A stretch of 64,000 nucleotides of DNA from Amphiscolops sp. MND2022 (lineage: Eukaryota). The translations under genes and the position numbers were made by a program. Positions 27,701 through 38,787 of the stretch are shown one piece after another. Every line of letters begins with the position of its first letter. Position 1 is the stretch's first letter. The notes under the pieces are model-generated. The model saw only the letters and a program-made list of their open reading frames with translations, did not search any database and had not been told where the DNA came from. The stretch covers positions 76,384,001 through 76,448,000 of the forward strand of contig OZ076410.1 in assembly GCA_964187785.1 (NCBI GenBank), written 5' to 3'.

Positions 27701-28661
27701 CAGTATTAAATTTGAAAGAAGCCTTTTTTACTACAGTAAAACTAATCGAAGCTTGAATATGAACCAACGTCAATACGTCGCATTTTAATTAACTAAGCCA
27801 AATATAGAATATACGTCAACACTACTTCAACTAATATACTAGAAGTTGAGAAAACACATTTCGACGTCAGTATTGTGTCGACTAAGATTGAATTCGAGCG
27901 GAATATGGTATTCAAGCCAAGATTTTTCAAACTTACTTAAAATAACAGTATTTTAACACTATTTTAAATGGAGAGTCACAGTTTAGATTCACTTTGTGTT
28001 AATAAAGTGCAGTCTGTCTTAGCAGGCTTTTTAAATGTATGCTTTGATTACCTAATTTAATAAAGTTATTGGTTGTTTGACGATGCCACTTCGTCCTTTA
28101 TTGTTGGTCAAAGGTGTTGCCTTCAACTTTAATTAGATAAATAATGGTTTTCCGCGAACCAAAGCAGTAAAAAAGGGAAACATTTTCGGTTCGACAGACT
28201 GAAGTAAAATCTGTTTCCTGCTTGGGCGGAAGTAAAAGGACACCGGAATGAAATGATTTGCCACTGGGTGATAACTGACATCAATCTAACTATGGAAATG
28301 ACACAAAAATTGACGAAATGCTAACGCAGATCAAAATTTTGCCGCAAAATTACAGGAAATGACTAATATCTCGATGGAAATTAAAGAACGCGAAAATGAA
28401 CAGATGATGCTAGGAGGGTATATATAGCTTGTACTTGTAAAATTGCTCATTCAATTTCTGATTCAATCTGCGTTCTTGTATCAAACTCTACTTTGTTTTG
28501 TTAAAACAAATACTCTGCAACCTTCAATTCAAAATTGATAAATCCCAAAGTCTTTTCATCAAGATGTCAACGAGAAGCCAGAAAAGAAACAACGTCCTTC
28601 AAAAAAGCAATAAAAAAATTGAGACCTGTACAGAACAACGACCCTAACAAAAGTCGTAACA
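24754..28661 (+). mobile_element. Non-autonomous/mosaic LTR element inserted into the LINE endonuclease domain, 5-bp TSD GCATG
   Basis: 5' LTR 24754-25716 (TGTGATAGTCCGCGCCC...GTCGTAACA), followed directly by PBS-like TGGTGACTGGAA. 3' LTR 27360-28661 (TGTCACAGTCCGCGCCC...GTCGTAACA). GCATG at 24749-24753 and 28662-28666. Removing the insert rejoins the LINE frame (NDTKNRISH|DISNNY). Confidence 0.88.
26420..26680. promoter_or_regulatory. Cluster of TGACGTCA (CRE/ATF-type) palindromes in about 55-bp imperfect repeats
   Basis: TGACGTCA at about 26424, 26558, 26614 and 26669, plus near-matches. Function inferred only from the motif. Confidence 0.4.
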
Positions 28662-31600
28662 GCATGACATTTCCAACAATTATCTAACGTTTTCCCATAA
28701 TCAGCTAGCACATCATGTTGTGATTGTTCTTTTTCTGCCTAGACATTTTTCCAGTAAAAAACAATTGAGGCAATCTGGTGTGCATTGAACATTGGTCAAA
28801 AATCGTTCATTCTAGCAACTGCGTACATTCCTTCAATCCCCGAACATTGTATCAAAGAATTCTTCAGTTCCCTGGAAAACGCAAGAGCATATGTCCATAG
28901 AAGCAACATGACGGCGGTTATCTTCGTGGGAGACTTGATTGCTGGAAGTCTTTTATGGGCGACACACGTTGCAATGCGAGTGGCGAAATGTGAGAACAAT
29001 TCGTCGATGAGTCGGAGGTGAACGTTATTAATGATGGCGAATTCACTTTTTACGCACCTAACGGTGTCTCCATCATTGATTTATTCATCGTAAAGAACAG
29101 TATAACCAGCTGTATATGCTCTCATTACACTGACACCGAACAAAAGCTGTTCGCTGGCTGTCCTAATAAAGAACGCACGTGTACGTGTACTTGTAAGTTT
29201 TGACATACAAGCGAAATTAGCAACAGACAAACTAAAGCTGACGGGGATTGTTGGCCTCGAAGTTTTGGATAAAGAAGCCAGTTATTGGAGGTTCCTCCTA
29301 ACCCGATATACAAAAAGTCTGATGAAACGTGTCTGACGAGTAGCAAAGTAGAAGAAGTAAATAAGTTTTGCATTCCAACAAAAATCTGCTCAGTATTTTG
29401 TACCCCTTTTTAGTACAAACATCTCAGGAACTTAAACAACAGCTTAAAAGAGCTTCGAAAACGGTTCACACGTACTTCGACTCCAGGAAATCTCGCAGCT
29501 CTGAAAGATGCTCGCGAAAATTTCAAAAAAGAAATTGAGACGTCAGCATCTAACTAGACGAAAAAGAAACCTCAAGACTTTAATAAAGTTCCTCACAGGA
29601 AATGAGTTCTGGAAAACTTTCCAAAATGTCTTCCCTTATTGAAGAGACACGATGATTGCTCCTCTAAAGTGCCAAAAAGACTTTGCTCGCATCCACAGAA
29701 AAAACCGATGTACTCATGGACACCTTTCTTTAGCAGAGAACACTTGAGTGAAAAAGATTTTGAACACAATTTAGAGCAATAAACGAATCAACAAATTGAA
29801 CTCCTTCACATGCTCGTGGAAAAACAAGGACGGGATAATGTATGGTATAATGAAGATGTCCAGCTGCATGAACTTGATAACCTCAATAACAAACTTCACA
29901 ACACCGCATGTTCAATTGACGAAAACAACTTCCACCCAAGATCGTTGTCAAATCTGAACCAAATTTTTGTGCATCTCTAGTGAATTGCTTCAAAACCTGC
30001 CTAGCAAAAAGTCAATGACCAAGGACTGAATCTCGTGTTCTTTTCATTATGAAACCATCTAAACCAGACTATACTGACCCCTCTGCATATAGACCACCCT
30101 GCATGAGCAGCCATATTGGTAAAGTGTTTGGGAGGATACTAAACAACAGGATGAAATTCTTACTGATGAATGACAACCTAATTGACCACGTACAAGAAAC
30201 CTTCTTGCCTAGAAAGAGCACTACCTGTTCAATGTACCAACTAAAGATTGAATACGAAATACTACCAGAGACAAAAAGAAAGCTACTCTCATTAACCTTG
30301 ATCTAGAAAAGGCATTGACAGTTTTTGGCACAATGGATAGTTGCTCCAACTATGGACAGCATGAGTCTGAGGACTTCTCTTTAAACTACTGAGCTTCGTT
30401 GTGGAAAAAGGACTCGACGATGTGAACAACCATCCTTTCAAACCTAAACATGGCGTACCACAGGGAAAGATAACGTCACCTCTGCTTTTTATTTTTTACC
30501 TTGTAGATATGTTAAACAACACAACCGGGTTAAAATTCAATTATACTGATGACTCACAGATACTTGTGACAACTGAAAACCAAGCAACCACATGTCTCAT
30601 TGTAGACAAAAAGTGAATCCGATGGAAAACTGGTGCCGAAATTGGCGGTTCCAGCTGAACGGCACCTAGAACAAAATGGTGCCCATTAACTTGAACTTGA
30701 ATTTACCTGTGTTCAAATTAGGAGGTGAAAATGCAAAATAGGCTCTGAAACAAAAGTACGTCGACTGACCGTCGATGACAGTTTCTCGTTCAAAAAGCAT
30801 GCGGAAAAGATAACTACTTGTTGCAACGGTGGGAAGAAATGAGAATTCACTGTAAAAAGAAATGGGGATTTCGCGGATCACACTTGTCCTTCATAACAAA
30901 ACTTTTTTTCTAACGACGCTACTCTACTGTGCTCCTATAGGGGGAACAAAAAATCAAGAAGATCGGAATGTTCCAATAGTTTGATAATCGCGATATTTCA
31001 GAGACAAGGTACTATCCGAATTCAATGGCTACCGAAGTGTTGTTAGGCATGCCTTCAATAGACCTTGTTGTTCAGAACATCTCAGCCATATTTCAAACGG
31101 AAGAACTACAATATCAAGATCATCTGAGAAAACTAGGTATTCAACAACAAAACTGACCTATCATTGGCGTTCATCATCACTCAGAGAAACATATTGAACC
31201 AATTCTGCAATCTGAAATATATTGATTTATCTGACAACCATAGCTACACCAAAGGTGTGAGTAAAAGTCACATCCCTTCACAGATGGAACTCTAGGTTGC
31301 TATACCCGGATGTTGCTACACATCGCTATAGAACTACTACTGGATATCAACCCCTCAATGAATACCATTGCGTACAAGAGAAGTCTAACCGCTAGCCCGT
31401 TTTGCTCTTGTAAAGTAACTTAAGGAACGTCTACTCATTTTTAATTCGACTGTAACATCTACGAGGCTACGAACCGACCCTCAAAAAAGATCACCCTGTA
31501 CGACCTACGCGACTGTGTAAATCTAAGTGATTTCTTACGAATCAGTGGACCTTTCCGACTAAACTTAACATCTTTCTATTGACAAGTGTAACAAAATGTA

Positions 31601-31662
31601 CCTACCTCATGATTGCGCATTCGGTGCTAAGCATTACGGCATGAAACGAGCTTCGAAGATTT

Positions 31663-31862
31663 NNNNNNNNNNNNNNNNNNNNNNNNNNNNNNNNNNNNNN
31701 NNNNNNNNNNNNNNNNNNNNNNNNNNNNNNNNNNNNNNNNNNNNNNNNNNNNNNNNNNNNNNNNNNNNNNNNNNNNNNNNNNNNNNNNNNNNNNNNNNNN
31801 NNNNNNNNNNNNNNNNNNNNNNNNNNNNNNNNNNNNNNNNNNNNNNNNNNNNNNNNNNNNNN
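31663..31862. other. Assembly gap (200 N)
   Basis: Run of N characters. Confidence 1.
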
Positions 31863-33003
31863 CCTACACCTACTTGTCAATTTCTATATCTTGCTTAACG
31901 TAATTCGAAAACATGGTATCCGGCACATTTTGCGGACAATCGGCGGAAAGTGTTGCCTACAGCGGTAGGACGAAGTCCTCTATGGAAATTTTTTAGCGCA
32001 ATTAGTTTCGGACCAAAGAAGTACGGTCGAAGTTCGAAAGGTGTTTTTCCTTCGAGAATCACATTCACAAGATTTGTTAATGCTCTGAGAAAATTCAGTC
32101 CAAATTGCCCGTTCGACTTAGCAGTCAAACCTTTCAAAATTTGGGGCGAAATGCCATCCAACCCTGCTCTAGAGCCGTTGTGGAAGGAAATGAGAGCCTT
32201 GTGGACGAAAAACTCCAAGTTTGAAAAACAATCGAGATCTGTTGGGTCCGGAACAGAGCAAGTTTCCCTCTGCGGATGTTTCAGCTTAAGGGCAGCGTAG
32301 TTGTCGACCTTGAAATCTGCAATCTTGTTGTCGCCAACTGTCATTCTGATACCGCCTTAACATTACCTTCGTCTAATTTGGTGCAAATGGAACGCAGTCG
32401 TCGATCTAACTCGCTTTTCTGCTGCGGTTTTCTGTCGCGTTTCGTTTTTTTCCCAATGACACCATCCCGAATACGCTTGTTGATAACTGCACTAAGTGAT
32501 GACCGCTGACGTTTACCTCCTCGAGGTGGTTTTCCCAAAAAATAGCTTAGAGAGGGGAGCAGTAAGCACCACAAGGCAAAATTTGACGGGGTTTCACAAA
32601 TATCATTAATTTTGGGTATCAAGTTTTCAGCTATGGGGATCCGTGAATTTTTAGGAACTCTTCAAATGCAACGCCTGAATTAAAAAGGGTGTCTGGTCTA
32701 AAGATATCATCCTGACACTGAGGGATTGTGTTCACTAAAGAGCACCTACTACATTTAAATTCGGCAAGACTCCGGGCTTCAGTTCTTGATAAATTGGCGC
32801 ATTTTATGTGAACCCATCCGTTGCAAAGCCTACAATTTATCCAGTCTATCCACCCTGAGGGCTTCAGACACTTCGGAACGTTGCAGGTTTCGTTGTTTTT
32901 CATCACAACTCAACCTCGAAACCTAACCAATTGCAGGAATACCACATTTGGGTGTGTGCCAATCTCCCCAAAAAACAATCACAACAGTGAAGCAATCCGT
33001 ATA
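31863..33003 (-). mobile_element. CRE-clade retrotransposon N-terminal part: PHD-type finger plus start of RT, running into the gap
   Basis: C-x4-C...C-x2-C-x4-H-x2-C...C-x2-C (TCNVPKC...NCRLCNGWVHIKC...FKCSRC). Then AGLDGISPQ, KLIALK..RGLRPTAVGNTFRRLSAK and QVGVG, the RT N-terminal motifs typical of CRE elements. Frameshifted. Confidence 0.82.
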
Positions 33004-33412
33004 TAGAACAAAACCTTGAATTGTTAAAATGAAATAAAAATGGAATTATCTCACCGGGTTGTGATGGTTTCTTCAGCCCAAGTGCAGCGACAAACCAACA
33101 AAACAGCGTCAGAGATGTCCAGTTGTCTCAAATTCAAATCATTACCATCTCTGAAGCTATTCAAAAAGTCCATCACAACAATTAGACTTAGAAATCAATG
33201 ATGCGTCTGAACTAGCAGATGACGTTTTCGCTCGTTTCGTGAGAGAAATAAGAAAATGTCTCTTGCTGCTCTGAAAATTTGATTATCTTGAACTTTTTTA
33301 AATGCCTCCGTATCTGCCAGTATACTGATCAGTTTGGTGAGCTGTCTTTCGATTTGTCATGGAACCTCATCGCTCCCTCTACGTCGTTTCTTCTGAAGCC
33401 TCTTAACCCTGT

Positions 33413-34889
33413 TAAGAGGCCTTCTCTTTAAACTGTTGGAACACAATATTTCTGGCAAAATGTATCAGATAATAAAATCGTTCTTAAAAACCAGAGTCGC
33501 TTCAATTGAACTGAACGGATACAAATCGCCGAAGTTCCAGATTGACATTGGCGTTCCACAGGGAAGTGTGTTGTCACCATTACTCTTCATCATCTTCCTA
33601 AACGACTTCCTCAGTAATCAAACTCAAACTCAAAAATTCAAGTTTGCAGACGATAGTTCTCTCATTGCGACTGGCAAGGATCCGTCAGAATTATCGGCCA
33701 TCCTTCGAAAAACTTGTTCTGACATCGAGAAGTGGTGTGCAGATTGGAGGATGTTAGTGAACGGAGGAAAAACAGAATTAATCCTTTTCAATTGCGAAGA
33801 GAATGACATCGAACTCCCGTGCCTCAATGGTGATATATGTCAAGTTAAAAAAACAACAAAGTCTCTCGGAGTAATTATCGATAGCAAGCTCAACTACCGG
33901 GATCATTCTACTAAAACTATCGAGAGAGCAAAGCGAAATTGGAATATAATCAAGTCGTTATGCAATAGAAAATGGAGTCTTGCAGTCCCAACGCTAGTTC
34001 TGTTGTACAAAACCACAATCTTACCCTCACTTTTTTATGCAGCACCAATTTGGCTTGAGAAAAACCTCAAATACGTCACAGCAGTACAGAACAATTTCAT
34101 AAGGACAGTTTTTAGACACGGATTTTCGCCGAATATCGACTCATGTCAAGTTCTGCTTGGAACGCCGCCTCTTGATCTTCTGAGTACAGCCATCAACGTC
34201 AAATTTCTCCTGAAGCTTAAACTAGAAGACGATTTACTACATTGGACCCATGATGCATCTTCATCTTTTCCGGACAGTGTTGCTAACCTCCTCGAGAGTC
34301 ATGTTACCAGATTCGGAAAGTTTTTGAGAATTCATAATTGTACGAGATACAAACAGCAAGATATTAACCTTTTCATTAACCATCTTTGGAACCTCAGGTG
34401 GAAAAATAATGACAACAGGTCATTTCTGAAATGTTACACCAGAACCCCACCAACTTGTAACACTATATCGCCCCTTTTCAACCTTCAAAGGTATGAAGCC
34501 ATCAAAATTTGTGAATTGCTGATCGGCAATTCTTTCTCTTTAGCCGATTACGCTTGGAAAAATTGGCAGACGGAATCTCCGATGTGTCTTTGTGGCAAAA
34601 GTGAAGAGACTACAGAACATTTCTTTCTGGCATGTGGACTATACCAAGACATCAGACCTGAAGACATTGACTCACTGAATCTCCTTGACCCTGAAGATTG
34701 CAATACCATTGCCAACTACATCTCGCATTCAACGAAGTTAAAAGGAATCGTATAACTCTCATCATTAAATCCTAACTTAACTTTATCCAACTCTCAATGC
34801 TCTCTTTGTACTATTTATATACGATGAACACCCGTATATAAACCCTCCCGCAAATTGGGGATATTAGAAAAAATATATATATATATATA
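33413..34889 (+). mobile_element. Recent 5'-truncated LINE insertion with open RT C-terminal ORF (33436-34755), (TA)n tail and 9-bp TSD TAACCCTGT
   Basis: GVPQGSVLSPLLF, FADD and C-terminal CLCGKSEETTEHFFLAC, with no stops over 439 aa. TSD at 33404-33412 and 34890-34898. The frame is open from the first inserted base (RGLLFKLLEHNISGKMY). Confidence 0.92.
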
Positions 34890-35253
34890 TAACCCTGTGC
34901 CTATAATTCCTTCAGCATTGGCGCGGAATCTATCAGGAGTTTATCGTTGGCAGACGGAATCTCCGATGTGTCTTTGTGGCAAAAGTGAAGAGACTACAGA
35001 ACATTTCTTTCTGGCATGTGGACTATACCAAGACATCAGACCTGAAGACATTGACTCACTGAATCTCCTTGACCCTGAAGATTGCAATACCATTGCCAAC
35101 TACATCTCGCATTCAACGAAGTTAAAAGGAATCGTATAACTCTCATCATTAAATCCTAACTTAACTTTATCCAACTCTCAATGCTCTCTTTGTACTATTT
35201 ATATACGATGAACACCCGTATATAAACCCTCCCGCAAATTGGGGATATTAGAA

Positions 35254-35318
<65 letters not shown>

Positions 35319-35373
35319 CCCTGTGCCTATAATTCCTTCAGCATTGGCGCGGAATCTATCAGGAGTTTATCGT
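34564..35373 (+). repeat. Tandem duplication (about 384-bp unit) of the LINE 3' end plus flank; second copy has an expanded (TA)n tract
   Basis: tggcagacggaatct...tttatcgt repeated at 34564 and 34948. 1-bp T microhomology. TA tract about 18 bp versus about 60 bp. Confidence 0.95.
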
Positions 35374-36079
35374 CTCTACAGAACGCCCCGAAACATGGGT
35401 TTCTCACGATGGAACAAACCAGAAAAGTACTTCTGTTGTTGGCATCAGACCCCAAAATAGCAAATCTTTCATTAGTCGGAGCTTGGGTTAGTGGTGTGGT
35501 CTCGGCTTGTGATGTCAGTGTTTGGGCATCTTTAATTCAGTATTGTCATTCTCGAAAGTTGCAAGACAAGCAATTCAGTGGAAATGACGGATTTCTTTTG
35601 ATGTGTTATCCAAGAATAGAAAAGATGCCGTCATTTTTGACTGCTCTACCCTTCATAGCTCGACGCCATACAAAATTTTCAATCGCAAGAAGAATTAAAT
35701 TTTTTCTAAGAGTCGAATAGAAATTCTGATACAACTTTCGTTTATTTCCCACTTACGTTAACTGAAATATCGCCTATTCACCAGGTTCTTGAAATAGCCT
35801 TGCAAACCTTAAAAAATTCAGCGCACGACAAATCCTTACCTCAGTTTGAGGAATTCTCTTCGGTTATTGAATGCAGCCTTTCTGAAGAACCGTCCCCTTG
35901 TCCACAACTTGTACCGAGTCCCCATTTCTGTAACTATTTGGCGTCCATGAATAGTGTACCAGAGGTATCCATTTGGGAACCCGAGTTTGGACCAGATAAT
36001 AACTGGAAGTGTAGAAAATGACCCTGGATTTTTTTCCAAAAGCTCATCAGATCATGATCATGGCTCATCTACTGATAGA

Positions 36080-38787
36080 GTAGTAGTAGTAGTAGTTCGA
36101 GATACCAATGTTAGATCGTTCTCGCAAAGGCTAGATCTTCCAGTTTCAGCCACTCTTCAGTCCCAAAATCTTTACGATAGGTTTTCAAAATATTTGGAGG
36201 TCTTTTTCCTCTGCTTCTTTTGGGGATTGTCTGTATATATCTGAGGGTGTCTTTAAAGGTTGAATCCCTTCTCAGTACATGCCCCAAATGTCTTTTTCGA
36301 TATTTCTTGATTTCTAGGGATAGAGAACCGCAATTCGTCAGGGCGTACAGGGCTTCGTTTCGGATTTTCTTCGGGTAGTATATGTTCAAAATCTTTCTGA
36401 AATGTTTTCTTTGAATCACATCTAGTTTGTTTTCGACTGCTTTATTTGAAAACCAGGTTGAGCTGTTATAAATCATGATGGGTCGTATGAATACGTTGTA
36501 TATTTGTACTTTCAAGGTATTATTGATATAACGATTTTTCCATAGGTTTGTGTATTTCTTCAAGGCAATCTGGCAAAGATTGTCTCTCCGATCAATATCC
36601 GCTAGATCATCCAGTAGAGATCCTAACTTTTTGACTTTACTGAGGTTTGAATTAGTTCCAAATAAGGTAATTTCAGTCTTCTCATGGTTGATACTGAGAT
36701 TAAACTCACTGAAGACATTTTCAACTACTTCCAAGAGTTTTTGTTCGTCATTTTCCTTTAACATGATGAAGTCTACATCGTCTGCATATTCGATGTGCCT
36801 CGGAAGACTATGATATTTTAGGGAATAACCGTGATCGTTCAAATTGGTTATGTTGTCAATTCTTGATAAGGCTTCGTTTACGTAAACATTGAACAGTTTC
36901 GGAGAAAGGGGATCTCCTTGAGGTACTCCGCGGTTGGTCTGAAACCTCTCACCAATTATTTTGTTCATTTTTACTGACAAAGTAGTATTCGAGAATAGAA
37001 CTTTGATAATATTTAGGTTTCCAGGGTCTATGATGTCTTGCAAAATTTGTAACAACTTTGATCTTCGGACAGTGTCGAATGCTTTTGACATGTCTATACC
37101 CACTACTTTAGGATCAAACTGCCTCTCTATACTGGCTGCATATAGCAATTTATGGGTTAGAACAACATCTCCGGTCGATTTGTTCCGCGAGTGCGCGTGC
37201 TGACTCCTGTCGATGCGTTCATCCAGGTAGCCTTCTATCCTTGGCAGGACAATCATCGACAGTAGTTTGCGCCATACTGAGAGTAGTATTATTGGTCTGT
37301 AGCTTTCTGTTTTCAGCATGTTTTTACCAGGTTTAAGGATGGGGGCGATGTGACCATGAGTCAGTATCTCATCTCTTTCCTCAATCATGCTATTGAGTTT
37401 CTCAGTTATAAGTGCACTATCCATGAATTTCAATTCCTCAGCAGTGAGACCATCTGGGCCTGGGGCTCGCTTATTCTTCAATCTGTGTTTATTCCTTTCA
37501 ACCTCATCCACTAAAATCGGATCGAAGGTTAGTTTTGATGGCAATGTGACCGAGGAATCTAGTTCATTTGTGAAGCACTTTTTAAAATGTTCTGTGATTT
37601 TCGTCATTGATGGGTATTGCTGTTTAGATTTTGTTTTCTTGAACATTTTCTTAAAGATTTCCGATAACTTCGCTGGTCCTGTCAAACTGTTCAGTTCCTC
37701 TGCTTGTACTTTCAGGTTGTTTTCCATGATTTCAGCCTTATTTTGATTTTCCGCTGTATGATAGCTCTTTCCTTTTTCCACTGGATAATTTTGGATATGT
37801 TATCAGATTGATAAATCTTCTGCCGTAAGGATTTTTGCTGGTCTGATAAGTTTTTGATCACCTCGTCAAGGCTGGGTTTCTTGGCAATTGTCTTCTTATT
37901 TCGTTGAAAATCTATTTTCTTGTGTATGGTGGTGGTTACCAGACGATGATCTGAGTCTATTCGGTCATTTATGTGACTTCTTGCATTGATCATAGAATGT
38001 TTCCTGTTCTGTCTCAACAGTATATAGTCGATTTGGTTGTATATGGTGTTATTTCCCTTTTTCTGCTGGAACGTAATATGGCAGGCCCTATGTTTGAAGA
38101 AGGTATTGCAGGCAATAAGGTTGTTTTTCATCAGTAGGTCTATAAGGTAGTCACCATTCTCATTTCTGAAACCTCTACTGTGGGTGCCAACACAGCTGAA
38201 CTTCGTGTCACTTTTTCCAAGTTTAGCGTTGAAATCGCCCAGCAGGCAGATGTCTTTGCCCTTTGCTTTAGTAATAAGATTATTCAATTCCCCATAGAAT
38301 TTTTCCGTTATTTCGGGTGATTTTTTGGTAGTTCCCATATGGGGTGCATGTATGTTGTACAGTACGAGTTCTGAAACTTTCCTTTTCACTCTGAAAATTT
38401 TAACTCCACTTGGTGTTGGTTTGGCTTTGAATTCGGTTTTCTTCCGGACTGTGATATAAGCTGTTCTATCGTCTAGTTGGCCTTTGTCGGTTACATTCAC
38501 ACTGTTTTTCACAAGGAAACCTAAGCCTAAATATTTAGACGATCTCTCGAACAGAATTCTCTTGTAGTTATTCTCTGGATCCAGAATTTCGTCCGTTTTA
38601 GTTTCTTGTAGGGCACAGATGTCGACGTCCTTTTTCTCCAAAAATTCTTCTATGTCTAAGATTTTAGGTCTGAGGCCTCGTACATTCCATGTACCTAGGG
38701 TTAGAGTGCTGAAATTAGCTCTTCTAGCCTTTGTTTTAGATTTCGGATAAGAAATATCCTGAGAAGCCATCACACTTCCCAACCAAA
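36080..38787 (-). mobile_element. Essentially full-length RTE-clade LINE (APE 37712-38782 plus RT 36111-37781), one frameshift, 11-bp TSD CTACTGATAGA
   Basis: GTWNVRGL, LQETK, GDFNAK, NQIDYIL and SDHRLV (APE). APGPDG, YRPIILLS, DMSKAFD, GVPQGDPLSPKLF, YADD and GHVLRR (RT/RTE C-terminus). (TAC)n tail at 36080-36096. TSD at 36069-36079 and 38788-38798. Confidence 0.95.

Larger units (their letters stand above)
23900..31660 (+). mobile_element. Near full-length, heavily decayed APE-type LINE (I/Jockey group), interrupted by an LTR element
   Basis: ORF1 with CCHC knuckles (HVAKTC..SPKCYKCVNRHQTADC..MKCAKC...NH, 24362-24595). APE start at 24610 resumes at 28667 (VGDL, NDGEFTF..NGVSIIDLFIV). RT motifs AYRP...IGKVFGRIL, HGVPQG..SPLLF, YTDD (30049-30616). 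C-terminal C-x-C...HF..C at about 31400-31460. Confidence 0.85.

Noticed and set aside
31596-31898. ORFs spanning the N run
   Set aside because: Artefacts of translating through the assembly gap.
34855-35460. ORFs with (YI)n runs fused to LINE or STIL peptides
   Set aside because: Produced by the (TA)n tail and the local duplication; not genes.
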